64,000 bases of DNA from a virus. Positions 16,372-25,623 of this stretch are shown here, in pieces. Location of the stretch: the IMG/VR virus record IMGVR_UViG_3300027967_000093. The stretch is one strand, 5' to 3'. A program made the position numbers and the translations under genes. Each line of letters starts with the position of its first letter. Positions within the stretch are counted from its first letter, which is position 1. The notes beneath the pieces were generated by a model. That model saw only the letters and a list, made by a program, of their open reading frames with translations. It was not told the origin of the DNA and searched no databases.

Positions 16372-16970
16372 TGGGTATTTTAAAATCAGCAGCAGACCTC
16401 GTATATACGATACGATTTCTGAAACTACTCGTAACACCTTTTGATAAGACAGAGGCGTTCAAGGCGGGTATCATCGATGAAGATGGACAAAGGAATAAAG
16501 AGTTCGACCGTAATAGTGCGGACGACCGTGAAGCATATCGTTCACACTACACACCATTCCACCGTCTTGTTTTCAATATAAAACGTCTTATGGCGAAAGT
16601 TCCTGGCGGTCAATCTGTGGTTGCAAGATATGGTGCGGCTCTTGCACTAATCAAAGAACACGGTGAACTGTCAGATAAGAACCTAATGAAGATTCACGCC
16701 GAGACTGGTATCGATATCCTAGACTGTCTTGCAGAACAATCTCAGTGGTTCATGTTAGAAGGTAATCAATTGTCGCCAGGCGTGTACCGTATGCGCAATG
16801 AATCCATCACTACAGAGTGTGACGAGGTTATCTTTAAAGGTGACCAGATACGTATCACCGAAGAAAATTCTCTTCCCCGTGATGAAGTTTTAGGTCTAAG
16901 TGTGTACGAAGCAGTACATATTAAGACTCAAAAAAGACTATATATTACTACAGCTGAAATAACTAAATGA
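16371..16970 (+). CDS. conserved T4-like phage protein
   Basis: DLVYTIRFLKLLVTPF..T.AFKAGIIDEDG...FHRLVFNIKRL. Confidence 0.75.
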   Translation: MGILKSAADLVYTIRFLKLLVTPFDKTEAFKAGIIDEDGQRNKEFDRNSADDREAYRSHYTPFHRLVFNIKRLMAKVPGGQSVVARYGAALALIKEHGELSDKNLMKIHAETGIDILDCLAEQSQWFMLEGNQLSPGVYRMRNESITTECDEVIFKGDQIRITEENSLPRDEVLGLSVYEAVHIKTQKRLYITTAEITK

Positions 16971-17551
16971 GTTTAGAACAGGAATATAAGACACTATTTC
17001 CAAATTTCAAACGAGGAATAGAAGGTCATTGTCTACTCACTGATGTTACCATTGAGTACGCAAAAGATATTCAAAGTATAGTCCAACCAAAGAACATGTT
17101 GGAAATTGGGTTTAATGCAGGTCACAGTGCATTTATGTGGTTGTCTCTATTTCCCGAGTTGAATTTCCATTCGGTCGATATATGTGAACACCCATATACC
17201 CTAGACCATATGAAAAAGTTAAAAGAAGTTTTTGGTGATAGATTTACGTATGGTAAAGGTGACTCCAAGAAACTAAACCGAGACTTTGTTAGTCAGTTTG
17301 ACTTGGTGTTTATTGACGGAGACCATACTAGAGAGGGTGTCACCAGTGACTATGAGTTGTGTCGTAGTGCAGGAACACCTTGGATTCTCATAGATGATTA
17401 TAATAATTTACGAGTACCAAGGAATTTATGTAACCACATAAGTTCTTCGGAAAACCATCCCTACACAGAAATAGGGAAATTCAAATACGATGACGCTACT
17501 CTAAAGACCGTAGCAGTACTGTTTAAAAGGAACGACAATGAAACCGTTTAA
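16967..17551 (+). CDS. class I SAM-dependent methyltransferase (Methyltransf_24-like)
   Basis: LEIGFNAGHSA, SVDI, GDS, FDLVFIDGDH, ILIDD. Confidence 0.8.
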   Translation: MSLEQEYKTLFPNFKRGIEGHCLLTDVTIEYAKDIQSIVQPKNMLEIGFNAGHSAFMWLSLFPELNFHSVDICEHPYTLDHMKKLKEVFGDRFTYGKGDSKKLNRDFVSQFDLVFIDGDHTREGVTSDYELCRSAGTPWILIDDYNNLRVPRNLCNHISSSENHPYTEIGKFKYDDATLKTVAVLFKRNDNETV

Positions 17552-17711
17552 GAAGTTTGTTGATGAAATGACAGGAACCTCTGCGGTTGCAGGTGCAGGC
17601 GATGACTCTGAGACAGTCGTGATGCGCAAGAAATACGACAAGAAGAACAAACGTAAAGACCAAATTGATGTACTCAAAAGAATAATGGGTAATCCCTCCA
17701 AAAAGTCTTGA
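17538..17711 (+). CDS. 57-aa protein not in ORF track (MKPFKKFVDEMTGTSAVAGAGDD...), putative internal head protein
   Basis: AAGG RBS; capsid-targeting-like N-terminus; basic C-terminus. Confidence 0.65.
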   Translation: MKPFKKFVDEMTGTSAVAGAGDDSETVVMRKKYDKKNKRKDQIDVLKRIMGNPSKKS

Positions 17712-17736
17712 CATTCGTCATGCACTTTGTTATACT
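17708..17736 (+). promoter_or_regulatory. sigma70-type promoter upstream of nrd operon
   Basis: TTGACA-N17-TATACT. Confidence 0.65.
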
Positions 17737-17762
17737 TTCACTCTATTAAATAAGGACTCCAT

Positions 17763-18134
17763 ATGGACGTTTATCGCCATAGGGGATTACTTGTCTTTGT
17801 AATTCACGATGAAGAAGACATCCCCGAAGTTATTGAAACACAAGACTCAGTTGGACTGGCTGGTCTCGAAAAAAATAAAATTTTATATGTGTGTATGGAG
17901 GGGACGGATGATAAATACCTTCACCCCGAAAGGTTCTTGATTAAGAACCACGATGCGTCTCTGGTAAACCACTTCATGTGGGAAGGTCTGTTTACCCAAG
18001 ACCAACAAGATGAACGCATGTGGGAGATGATTAACCAGTTTATAGATACGGGTAAACAGTTTGTTATTGAGAACTACAAGTTTACAAAAGATGAACCATT
18101 TTACGATTACAGCGGTGGACGAGAAGACCTATAA
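17763..18134 (+). CDS. hypothetical protein
   Basis: AAGGA RBS; coupled to nrdA. Confidence 0.65.
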   Translation: MDVYRHRGLLVFVIHDEEDIPEVIETQDSVGLAGLEKNKILYVCMEGTDDKYLHPERFLIKNHDASLVNHFMWEGLFTQDQQDERMWEMINQFIDTGKQFVIENYKFTKDEPFYDYSGGREDL

Positions 18135-20101
18135 TGAAGATTGATAAAAAACTAGATAAATTATTAGAAGATTATGCGGTAGGAATGTTGAAAGACTTCT
18201 ACCTCACCAAAGAAGAAAAGTCACCCCAAGAAGGTTATGCACGTGCCGCAAAGGCATGGTCTGGCGGTGATGAAGAGTTAGCACAAAGACTGTATGATTA
18301 TGTCTCGAAGAAGTGGTTTATGTTTGCATCTCCGGTTCTGTCAAACGCACCAGATGATAATGGAAAAGGAAAGGGGATGCCTATCTCTTGTTTCCTTACC
18401 TATGTACCTGATACCCTAGAAGGACTAATAGAACACTCGTCAGAGTTACGTTGGTTGTCTGTAATGGGTGGTGGTGTAGGTGGTCACTGGTCAGACGTTC
18501 GTACAGTATCGGACATTGCTCCTGGCCCGATGCCTTTCATCCATACTGTGGATGCGGATATGATTGCATACCGTCAGGGTAAGACTCGCAAGGGTTCTTA
18601 TGCTGCATACCTCGATGTGTCTCATCCAGACATTATTGAGTTCTTGAATATGCGTATCCCTACAGGTGATGTACAACGCAAGGCATTGAACTTACACAAT
18701 GCAATTAATATCAGTGATGAGTTTATGTTGGCAGTGACCAACAACACTGACTTTGACCTACGTGACCCCAAGGATAACGCAGTCAAGGAAACTATCAATG
18801 CACGTAAACTATGGGAACGTATCATCGAGACTCGTTTCCGTACAGGTGAACCATACCTGAACTTCATTGATACTGCGAACCGTGACCTACCAGAACCACT
18901 GAAGAACTTGGGTCTGAAGATTCACGGATCAAACCTTTGTAATGAAATACACTTACCTACTAGTGCAGACCGTACTGCGGTATGTTGTTTGTCTTCTTTG
19001 AACTTGGAGTATTATGATGAATGGAAAGAAACTAATATCGTGCGTGACATTGTTCGGATGCTTGACAATGTGTTGGATTATTTTATCGAACATGCCCCCG
19101 ACTCTATCTCCCGTGCACGATATAGTGCTGAGCGAGAACGTTCGATTGGTCTAGGTGCGATGGGTTTCCACTCACTCCTACAGAAACATGGAGTCGCATG
19201 GGAATCGGATAAAGCACGTGAAATTAATGATGTTGTATTCAAACATATCAATGCAGAGGCAGTCGCAGAGACACAGTTCCTCGCACGGGTGCGCGGGTGT
19301 TACCCTGATGGTGAAGGGTATGGACGCAGGAATGCCCACCTGATTGCGATTGCACCTAATGCATCGTCTGGTGTTATTTTGAGTACAAGTCCTTCTATCG
19401 AACCATTGAAGGCAAATGCATATACACACCGTACACGTGCTGGTTCTTTCTTAGTGAAGAACAAATACCTCAACCAACTCCTTACCGAGAAGGGAGAGAA
19501 CAACGAGTCCAACTGGACTTCTATTATCACCAACAAAGGTTCGGTTCAACATCTACCGTTCCTTAGTGAAGGTGAGAAGTCTGTATTTAAGACTGCACAA
19601 GAGTTAGACCAAACTTGGGTAGTCCAACACGCGGCCGACCGTCAGAAGTATATCTGTCAAGGTCAGTCGGTGAACGTATTCTTCCCTGCTGGTGCACCTA
19701 AATCCTACGTGAACAAGGTTCATGTTAAGGCATGGAAGGAAGGTTTGAAAGGTCTGTACTATCTACGTACAGAAGCAAAACAACGTGCAGAGAATGTCTC
19801 TGAGAAAGTGGAACGTGTTGCACTTCAAGAAGATAATCGCACGATTGTATATGGTATACCAAACTGTCCGTTCTGTCAGTTAGCAAAAGACGAATTGACA
19901 CTACGTGGTGTACCGTTTGATTATATTGATTTGAAAGAGATTGGTAAGACTGCTGCAGAAGTGACTGGACGTAAGGTCAAGACTGTACCGCAGATTTATA
20001 TGCAAGGAAATTATGTAGGTGGTTATGAGGAACTTATGGCGTTCCTAGATAAGACCATTATAGAAACCGAAGATAACGAATGTCGAGCTTGTGAGGGATA
20101 A
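18134..20101 (+). CDS. nrdA: class Ia ribonucleotide reductase alpha subunit with fused glutaredoxin domain
   Basis: ISCF, SNLCNEI, VCCLSS, APNASS, GLYYLR; Grx CPFC...TVPQIY..GGY; C-terminal CRACEG; no ATP cone. Confidence 0.95.
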   Translation: MKIDKKLDKLLEDYAVGMLKDFYLTKEEKSPQEGYARAAKAWSGGDEELAQRLYDYVSKKWFMFASPVLSNAPDDNGKGKGMPISCFLTYVPDTLEGLIEHSSELRWLSVMGGGVGGHWSDVRTVSDIAPGPMPFIHTVDADMIAYRQGKTRKGSYAAYLDVSHPDIIEFLNMRIPTGDVQRKALNLHNAINISDEFMLAVTNNTDFDLRDPKDNAVKETINARKLWERIIETRFRTGEPYLNFIDTANRDLPEPLKNLGLKIHGSNLCNEIHLPTSADRTAVCCLSSLNLEYYDEWKETNIVRDIVRMLDNVLDYFIEHAPDSISRARYSAERERSIGLGAMGFHSLLQKHGVAWESDKAREINDVVFKHINAEAVAETQFLARVRGCYPDGEGYGRRNAHLIAIAPNASSGVILSTSPSIEPLKANAYTHRTRAGSFLVKNKYLNQLLTEKGENNESNWTSIITNKGSVQHLPFLSEGEKSVFKTAQELDQTWVVQHAADRQKYICQGQSVNVFFPAGAPKSYVNKVHVKAWKEGLKGLYYLRTEAKQRAENVSEKVERVALQEDNRTIVYGIPNCPFCQLAKDELTLRGVPFDYIDLKEIGKTAAEVTGRKVKTVPQIYMQGNYVGGYEELMAFLDKTIIETEDNECRACEG

Positions 20102-21103
20102 ATGTCAGGACTACTAGAATTTAGCAAAACGTATAAACCGTTCCTCTACCCATGGGCGGTAGAACTAACAAAGAAACACGAAGAGGTTCACTGGGTCGAA
20201 GATGAAGCGGAATTGTCCGAAGACATCCAAGACTGGAAGACCAAACTAAGTGGAGAAGAAAAAGAGTTCATCACTCAGGTACTTCGACTGTTCACTCAGT
20301 CGGACGTACAGGTGGGAGAGAACTATCACGAACTATTGATACCTAAGTTCAAGAACAACGAGATACGTAATATGTTATCTTCGTTCGCGAACCGTGAAGG
20401 TGTACACCAACGTGCTTATGCATTGTTGAATGATACTCTGGGTCTACCAGACGAAGAACACCATGCGTTCCTTGAGTACAAGGAGATGGCAGACAAGATT
20501 GACTTTATGAAAGAGGGTAACATCAACTCTCACACAGGTCTTGCACTTGTACTTGCACAGTCTGTATTTAACGAAGGTATGTCATTGTTTGCGTCATTCG
20601 TGATGTTGTTGAACTTCCAACGTTTCGGTAAGATGAAAGGTATGGGTACCATTGTTGAGTGGTCTATTCGTGACGAGACTATACACGTACAGGGTAATGC
20701 GAAACTATTTCGTGAGTTCTGTGAAGAACATCCCCGTATCATAAACGATGAGTTGAAGTCTAAGATATATGAGATGGCCAAGAATGCGGTCAAACTCGAA
20801 GACCGATTCATCAAACTTGCGTACAAGTCTGGTGAGATTGAAGGTCTATCCGAAGAGGACGTGAAACAATACATCCGTCATATCGCAGACCGTAGACTAT
20901 TGCAGTTGGGTATGAAACCTAAGTTCGGTGTTAAGGATAATCCACTACCATGGTTGGACTGGGTATTGAATGGTGCATCACATGATAACTTCTTCGAGAA
21001 ACGTGTTACCGAGTACTCTGTAAATGGTATGGAAGGTGACTGGGGTTGGGACGATGAAGAACCACAGGTCTGTGGACTAGACGGTGTGGGGTGTGCTGCT
21101 TAA
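20102..21103 (+). CDS. nrdB: class I ribonucleotide reductase beta subunit
   Basis: FTQSDVQV, EGVHQRAY, EGMSLFASF, RDETIH, NFFEKRVTEY. Confidence 0.95.
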   Translation: MSGLLEFSKTYKPFLYPWAVELTKKHEEVHWVEDEAELSEDIQDWKTKLSGEEKEFITQVLRLFTQSDVQVGENYHELLIPKFKNNEIRNMLSSFANREGVHQRAYALLNDTLGLPDEEHHAFLEYKEMADKIDFMKEGNINSHTGLALVLAQSVFNEGMSLFASFVMLLNFQRFGKMKGMGTIVEWSIRDETIHVQGNAKLFREFCEEHPRIINDELKSKIYEMAKNAVKLEDRFIKLAYKSGEIEGLSEEDVKQYIRHIADRRLLQLGMKPKFGVKDNPLPWLDWVLNGASHDNFFEKRVTEYSVNGMEGDWGWDDEEPQVCGLDGVGCAA

Positions 21104-21249
21104 TGAATTCATACTATCACATTGAATGTCCTATCTGTGACATAATAACGACAGTACATGTACATTATGAAGAAGAAGAACCTCGTCATTGTCCTATGTG
21201 TGGTGAGGACATTGAGGCAGAGAGTCTTGAGGATGACGAAGAGGATTAG
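21103..21249 (+). CDS. 48-aa zinc-ribbon protein (CPIC...CPMC, acidic tail)
   Basis: TAATG coupling to nrdB; two CxxC motifs. Confidence 0.7.
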   Translation: MNSYYHIECPICDIITTVHVHYEEEEPRHCPMCGEDIEAESLEDDEED

Positions 21250-21303
21250 GTATTTGTATTATATATAAGTCATTAGACCCCTTAATGGCAGTTATATAAT
21301 ACA

Positions 21304-21759
21304 ATGTGGCATTATCAAAACGAAGAATACAATCCTCCCGAAGACGAACTCAGCGAATATGTTGGGTTCGTCTATCTTATTACAGAACGTGATACCGGAA
21401 AGAAATATGTCGGTAAGAAGTTCTTCTGGTCTGTACGCAGACTACCCCCACTGAAAGGTCAGAAACGGAAACGCAAGGTTACCAAACAATCTGACTGGAT
21501 GGACTACTATGGGTCATCCGAAGAACTCAAACTACTGGTAGAGAAGAAAGGTGGTGAAGCATACTACCGAGAGATACTACACCTCTGCAAAACCAAAGGT
21601 GAGTGTTCCTACCTTGAAGCCAAAGAACAATTCAACCGTGACGTTCTGTTACGGGACGACTACTACAATGCATTCATTGGATGTAAGATTCACGCAAAAC
21701 ACCTCCCCGAGACATTGAAACCAATCCGTGGGCCTGAACCATGGTACAATAGACCATAG
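21304..21759 (+). CDS. GIY-YIG-family endonuclease-like protein
   Basis: GFVYLIT...KKYVGKK...YYGSS...REIL...E...YYN. Confidence 0.75.
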   Translation: MWHYQNEEYNPPEDELSEYVGFVYLITERDTGKKYVGKKFFWSVRRLPPLKGQKRKRKVTKQSDWMDYYGSSEELKLLVEKKGGEAYYREILHLCKTKGECSYLEAKEQFNRDVLLRDDYYNAFIGCKIHAKHLPETLKPIRGPEPWYNRP

Positions 21760-21796
21760 TTATACCCACTATTCATGAAATAAATGTAAATAAGTG

Positions 21797-21825
21797 TTGA
21801 CTTCTTGTTATGATTATGAGATAAT
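21797..21825 (+). promoter_or_regulatory. early promoter (repeat family copy 2)
   Basis: TTGACT-N17-GATAAT. Confidence 0.75.
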
Positions 21826-21858
21826 ACTTGTACAAATTGAGTTGAGAGAGAATATATT

Positions 21859-22065
21859 ATGTGTGGTGGATATACTGGTGAGTTTGGCGAGTTAGATGAG
21901 ATTAACATGATTGCGGAACAAGAAGAACGCGAGAACGAACTCGCCATCCTTTGGAATGACCTCGCTATGTTGATTGATGCTGAGGAGTGTTACAACGAGA
22001 CGTACTACAATTCAGAGTACAAGAGAATGGTTAATCGTATAAATGAAATCAGAGGTGCAATATAA
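21859..22065 (+). CDS. early hypothetical protein
   Basis: follows early promoter, GAGAGAG RBS. Confidence 0.6.
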   Translation: MCGGYTGEFGELDEINMIAEQEERENELAILWNDLAMLIDAEECYNETYYNSEYKRMVNRINEIRGAI

Positions 22066-22358
22066 TGTTGAAATTTGAGAATGTAGCAAATGTTGGTGAC
22101 GTGATTAAAGCGTTTGATTTCCAACCAATGGAAGGTCGTGATGATATGTACATTATCGGTCGTGTCATCGAGAAAGGCCCAATGTATGCAGATATGGATG
22201 GTCGTCAGATATACGTCTGTGAGGGTTATAAGGTCTTCGTTAAAGACTCTCGTAGTGGTTCGGAGAGTTACGATATGGACAGAATTGGGACAGAGATGAT
22301 GGTTCCATTCGAGATGAGTATAACCGAGTTTGATAATCGAGTTGAGGTGATTGTATAA
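22065..22358 (+). CDS. early hypothetical protein (SH3-like beta barrel possible)
   Basis: ANVGDVIKAFDF; GAGG RBS. Confidence 0.65.
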   Translation: MLKFENVANVGDVIKAFDFQPMEGRDDMYIIGRVIEKGPMYADMDGRQIYVCEGYKVFVKDSRSGSESYDMDRIGTEMMVPFEMSITEFDNRVEVIV

Positions 22359-22582
22359 TGTTGACTACCCAAGAAGATATATTACGAGCGTTGGTGGTTG
22401 GATTGTTTGGAGCGATAGTTCTGGTTGTCGCGGTTAGTTGTGTAGATAGTGTTCTGGATCAACCAGACGTGCACTTCAGTAATTCTACTGGCGAGTGCGT
22501 TAAGGTTCTGAACTACGCAGAGGGTGACCTATACTCCTGTGACGATATGCCAAAACGTTATAACCACGTGTGGGTTCAATAA
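22358..22582 (+). CDS. small membrane-anchored protein
   Basis: N-terminal TM; STGECVKV...YNHVWV. Confidence 0.65.
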   Translation: MLTTQEDILRALVVGLFGAIVLVVAVSCVDSVLDQPDVHFSNSTGECVKVLNYAEGDLYSCDDMPKRYNHVWVQ

Positions 22583-22613
22583 CAAAATGTTCTAAAAAAA
22601 GTTAAAAAAAGTG

Positions 22614-22642
22614 TTGCATTATTGTTTTGGTTATGAGATAAT
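22614..22642 (+). promoter_or_regulatory. early promoter (repeat family copy 3)
   Basis: TTGCAT-N17-GATAAT with A-rich UP element. Confidence 0.7.
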
Positions 22643-22696
22643 ACTTGTGTTGGTTGGGGAGAGTCCCCGTTGTTTTTACTTTGAAGAGACTATATT

Positions 22697-23254
22697 ATGA
22701 AAAATGAAATGATTGAATTGTTTGCGAAACACGACCTTATTCTTACAATTGACGAAGAACGTTTGATTGCCAAGTGTGACCGTGTTGCTCCTCGTGCTCG
22801 TCTTGGTTTCAAGAATGAGTACCACGTTCGTTACCGTACTATTGAACGTATGTACGAAGCGCAACAAGAGTTCATTGATGACCGTCTTGCCACTATCGAA
22901 TTTCGTGCCAAAGCGAAAGAAGGACGCAAAGTGAGAGCGGCAGAACTTGCCAACAACGTTAAGGTCGGTGACTTGTTCGTTGACTCTTGGGGTTGGGAAC
23001 AGACTCAAGTTGATTGTTACCAAGTTGTTGCGAAACCTACAGCGAAAACTGTAATTGTCCGTGAGATTGCCACCGAAACTGTTGAAGGTAGTGAAGGAAT
23101 GATGTGTCAAAATGTTCGTGCGGTTCCTAACGCTTTCATCGGTGAAGAGATGAAGAAACGAATCGACAACTACGGTGGGTTCAAGACTTCTTCTTTCTCT
23201 AGTGCTCGTCCTACTACTGCTGAGAAAGAACACTACAACAGCTGGTACTACTAA
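22697..23254 (+). CDS. early hypothetical protein
   Basis: VKVGDLFVDSWGWEQTQVDCYQVV; strongly biased codon use. Confidence 0.75.
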   Translation: MKNEMIELFAKHDLILTIDEERLIAKCDRVAPRARLGFKNEYHVRYRTIERMYEAQQEFIDDRLATIEFRAKAKEGRKVRAAELANNVKVGDLFVDSWGWEQTQVDCYQVVAKPTAKTVIVREIATETVEGSEGMMCQNVRAVPNAFIGEEMKKRIDNYGGFKTSSFSSARPTTAEKEHYNSWYY

Positions 23255-23263
23255 GGAGATATT

Positions 23264-23404
23264 ATGAGCGACTATGTTTACTACTTGGAAGAAGACGGAG
23301 AGTTTCTTCCTGAAATGATCTTTGAGACTGAAGAAGAAGCCATAGAGTTTGCAGAAGCAACGGCGATGAAGAACTACAAAGTTATTGAGTGGGACGTTGA
23401 TTGA
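23264..23404 (+). CDS. 46-aa acidic protein (MSDYVYYLEEDG...FETEEEAIEFA)
   Basis: AAGGAG RBS; not in ORF track. Confidence 0.65.
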   Translation: MSDYVYYLEEDGEFLPEMIFETEEEAIEFAEATAMKNYKVIEWDVD

Positions 23405-23448
23405 CGTAAATTGGTAATGATTCCTGTGGCAATACGTCCCACATTTGT

Positions 23449-23473
23449 CCCCCAAGAAATTGGGGGTTTTTTT
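23449..23473 (+). terminator. Rho-independent terminator
   Basis: CCCCCAA-GAAA-TTGGGGG plus T7. Confidence 0.85.
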
Positions 23474-23528
23474 ACATATACATATTAGTAGAAATCCTAA
23501 AATCCCTATATACTAATAGAAAGGCGAA

Positions 23529-23969
23529 ATGAATATGGCATACACTATTACTAAACAAATTCACGAAATTCTCAAAGAGTTTGAGAGTCAGACGACTAGG
23601 TCAACTAGAAAGGAAGTACTTCTGAAGTACAAAGACGTTCCTGCCCTTCTCGATGTACTACGTGGTACATTCGATGAATCTCTACGATTCACCCTCCCAG
23701 AGGGTACACCCCCTTATACTCCAAATAAAGAAGAATCCGTTCCGAGTTCTCTGTTGAAGAAGAACCGTGATTTTGGGTACTTTGTAAAAGGTGGGCCAGG
23801 CGATAGACTCCCTAATTATAAGGTCGAGTCGATGTTCATCAAACTTCTGGAATCTATTCATGCCGAAGATGCAAAAATAGTTTTATCCATGGTGGCTAAA
23901 AAGTCACCCGTCAAAAACCTAACCAAAAAACTAGTACAGGAGGCCTTCCCCAATCTAATTAAAACCTAA
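23529..23969 (+). CDS. conserved T4-like phage protein (DUF6433-like)
   Basis: FDESLRFTLPEGTPPY...ESMFIKLLESIHAEDA...LVQEAFP. Confidence 0.75.
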   Translation: MNMAYTITKQIHEILKEFESQTTRSTRKEVLLKYKDVPALLDVLRGTFDESLRFTLPEGTPPYTPNKEESVPSSLLKKNRDFGYFVKGGPGDRLPNYKVESMFIKLLESIHAEDAKIVLSMVAKKSPVKNLTKKLVQEAFPNLIKT

Positions 23970-23996
23970 CTTCCATTTTAAAGTAAAGGAGAGTTG

Positions 23997-24155
23997 ATGT
24001 CAGAAAAACAAATACAACGATTGAAGAAAGACCGTAATGAACTTGGATATTATATCCAACGATTACAAAAGAAAGGGAGGAGTGAACTTGCTTATAAACT
24101 CGCGAAAAAGCAGGCATTCCTAAACCAAACAATCGAAGAACAAATGACTCAATAA
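23997..24155 (+). CDS. 52-aa basic helical protein (MSEKQIQRLKKDRNEL...)
   Basis: AAGGAG RBS; not in ORF track. Confidence 0.65.
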   Translation: MSEKQIQRLKKDRNELGYYIQRLQKKGRSELAYKLAKKQAFLNQTIEEQMTQ

Positions 24156-24199
24156 GGAAGGTGATCTCTATCTCGTGCGGGGGGAGTTATCCCCCCGTA
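24153..24199 (+). other. extended Shine-Dalgarno-like element followed by GC-rich hairpin without U-tract
   Basis: TAAGGAAGGTGATC, then TGCGGGGGGA-GTTA-TCCCCCCGTA. Confidence 0.5.
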
Positions 24200-24227
24200 T
24201 CGTTAGACCCTTGGGAATGAAAAACTT

Positions 24228-24464
24228 ATGCCAATATATGAATTTAAAAATAATGAAACCGATGAAGTAGTAGATATCAAATTAAGCATATCCGAGTATG
24301 ACCAATTCTTGGTCGACAATCCTCATCTCACACGGTACTATTCCTCTAGTCCTGGCCTTGTTTCCGGAACAAAATCTGCACTTACGACCGCAGGTTCTGG
24401 ATGGCAAGAATTAATTGGTCGGGTTAAGAAAAGTTCCGGTAAGGACAACACGATAAAAACATGA
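24228..24464 (+). CDS. FmdB-like small protein (Cys-less variant)
   Basis: MPIYEFKNNET...SISEYDQFLVDNPHL. Confidence 0.65.
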   Translation: MPIYEFKNNETDEVVDIKLSISEYDQFLVDNPHLTRYYSSSPGLVSGTKSALTTAGSGWQELIGRVKKSSGKDNTIKT

Positions 24465-25165
24465 AAAAACAAACTCCTACAAAACCATCTGTGTTAAAGA
24501 TTGACCATCTCTGCACAATAGATCCTATGACTACAAGTCAGGAAACCGTCTTTCGTGCGTGGAAAGAAGGTAACCATATTGTAATGTCGGGTTCAGCAGG
24601 TTCAGGTAAGACCTTTGTCGGTATGTATCTTGCGTTACAAGATGTACTCGACAAGGGGAGTGAATACGAGAAACTGGTTGTCTGTAGGTCTATCGTACCC
24701 ACAAGGGAAATTGGTTTCCTGCCGGGAACACTAGAAGAAAAGATGGATGCGTATACTGGCCCCTATCGTCAGATATGTACCGAACTATTCGAGGATAGAG
24801 AATCCTATGATAAACTGGTTAAGGCAGGTTCGTTGGAGTTTGTGTCTACCTCACATATACGAGGTACCACATACAACGATGCAATCATCGTAGTTGATGA
24901 AATGCAGAACTTGACATTCCACGAGTTAGATAGTATAATTACTCGAGTGGGTAAAAATTGTAAGGTAATCTTCTGTGGAGATTATTACCAGTCCGACTTT
25001 ACTCGGGCAGGTGATAAGAAAGGAATCATCGATTTCTTGCATATTCTAGAACAGATGAATAGATTCACAATAACAGAATTTACATGGGCAGATATAGTAC
25101 GTTCGGACTTCGTGCGTGACTATATAATGACTAAAGAACTTATTTTAAAGGAGAACCCCCAGTGA
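24461..25165 (+). CDS. phoH: PhoH-family ATPase
   Basis: GSAGSGKT, IGFLPGTLEEK, RGTT, VDEMQN, GDYYQSD, DIVRS. Confidence 0.92.
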   Translation: MKKQTPTKPSVLKIDHLCTIDPMTTSQETVFRAWKEGNHIVMSGSAGSGKTFVGMYLALQDVLDKGSEYEKLVVCRSIVPTREIGFLPGTLEEKMDAYTGPYRQICTELFEDRESYDKLVKAGSLEFVSTSHIRGTTYNDAIIVVDEMQNLTFHELDSIITRVGKNCKVIFCGDYYQSDFTRAGDKKGIIDFLHILEQMNRFTITEFTWADIVRSDFVRDYIMTKELILKENPQ

Positions 25166-25611
25166 ACAGAGAAGCAGTATTTGAACAACTAAAGATAGAC
25201 GAAGGAGTTGTCTATGAGATCTATAATGACCATCTTGGATACGCTACATTTGGCGTTGGGCACTTGGTATTGGAATCTGACCCTGAGTTTGGTCAGGACA
25301 TTGGTACCCCCGTCTCCGAGGAACGAGTCCGAGAGTGTTTCGAAAAAGACCTTGACACCTCAATATCAGAGTGTCACGCTCTATACGGAGAAGGGACATT
25401 TGGAGACTTCCCAGACGAAGTCCAGCAGATATTGGTCAACATGATGTTCAACATGGGTCGTACCCGTCTGAGCAAGTTTAAGAATTTTACAGCCGCTCTT
25501 GAAGAGGGTGACTGGAAAAGGGCGGCGGTAGAGGGACGAGATAGTCTCTGGTATCGTCAAGTAACTAACCGTGCAGAACGGTTGATGGAAAAAATGGAGA
25601 ACGTAAGTTAA
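25162..25611 (+). CDS. e: T4-type lysozyme (GH24) endolysin
   Basis: LKIDEG...YNDHLGYATFGVGHL, NMMFNMG, DSLWYRQVTNRAERL. Confidence 0.88.
   Translation: MNREAVFEQLKIDEGVVYEIYNDHLGYATFGVGHLVLESDPEFGQDIGTPVSEERVRECFEKDLDTSISECHALYGEGTFGDFPDEVQQILVNMMFNMGRTRLSKFKNFTAALEEGDWKRAAVEGRDSLWYRQVTNRAERLMEKMENVS
25214..25444 (+). CDS. possible nested (+1 frame) membrane protein inside lysozyme gene
   Basis: AAGGAG 25202-25207, ATG 25214; hydrophobic N-terminus, S/T/P tail; local drop in T-ending codons. Confidence 0.35.
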   Translation: MRSIMTILDTLHLALGTWYWNLTLSLVRTLVPPSPRNESESVSKKTLTPQYQSVTLYTEKGHLETSQTKSSRYWST

Positions 25612-25623
25612 TACGTAAGACTC

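Noticed and set aside
18134-21103. Intein or group I intron in nrdA/nrdB
   Set aside because: Both ORFs are continuous and of normal length apart from the Grx domain; no intein termini or LAGLIDADG motifs
21304-21759. GIY-YIG gene as a mobile homing endonuclease
   Set aside because: Short, lacks C-terminal DNA-binding repeats, not in an intron; more like a resident phage nuclease
22676-23455. 259-aa minus-strand ORF
   Set aside because: Antisense shadow of highly codon-biased early genes with a clear promoter and terminator on the plus strand
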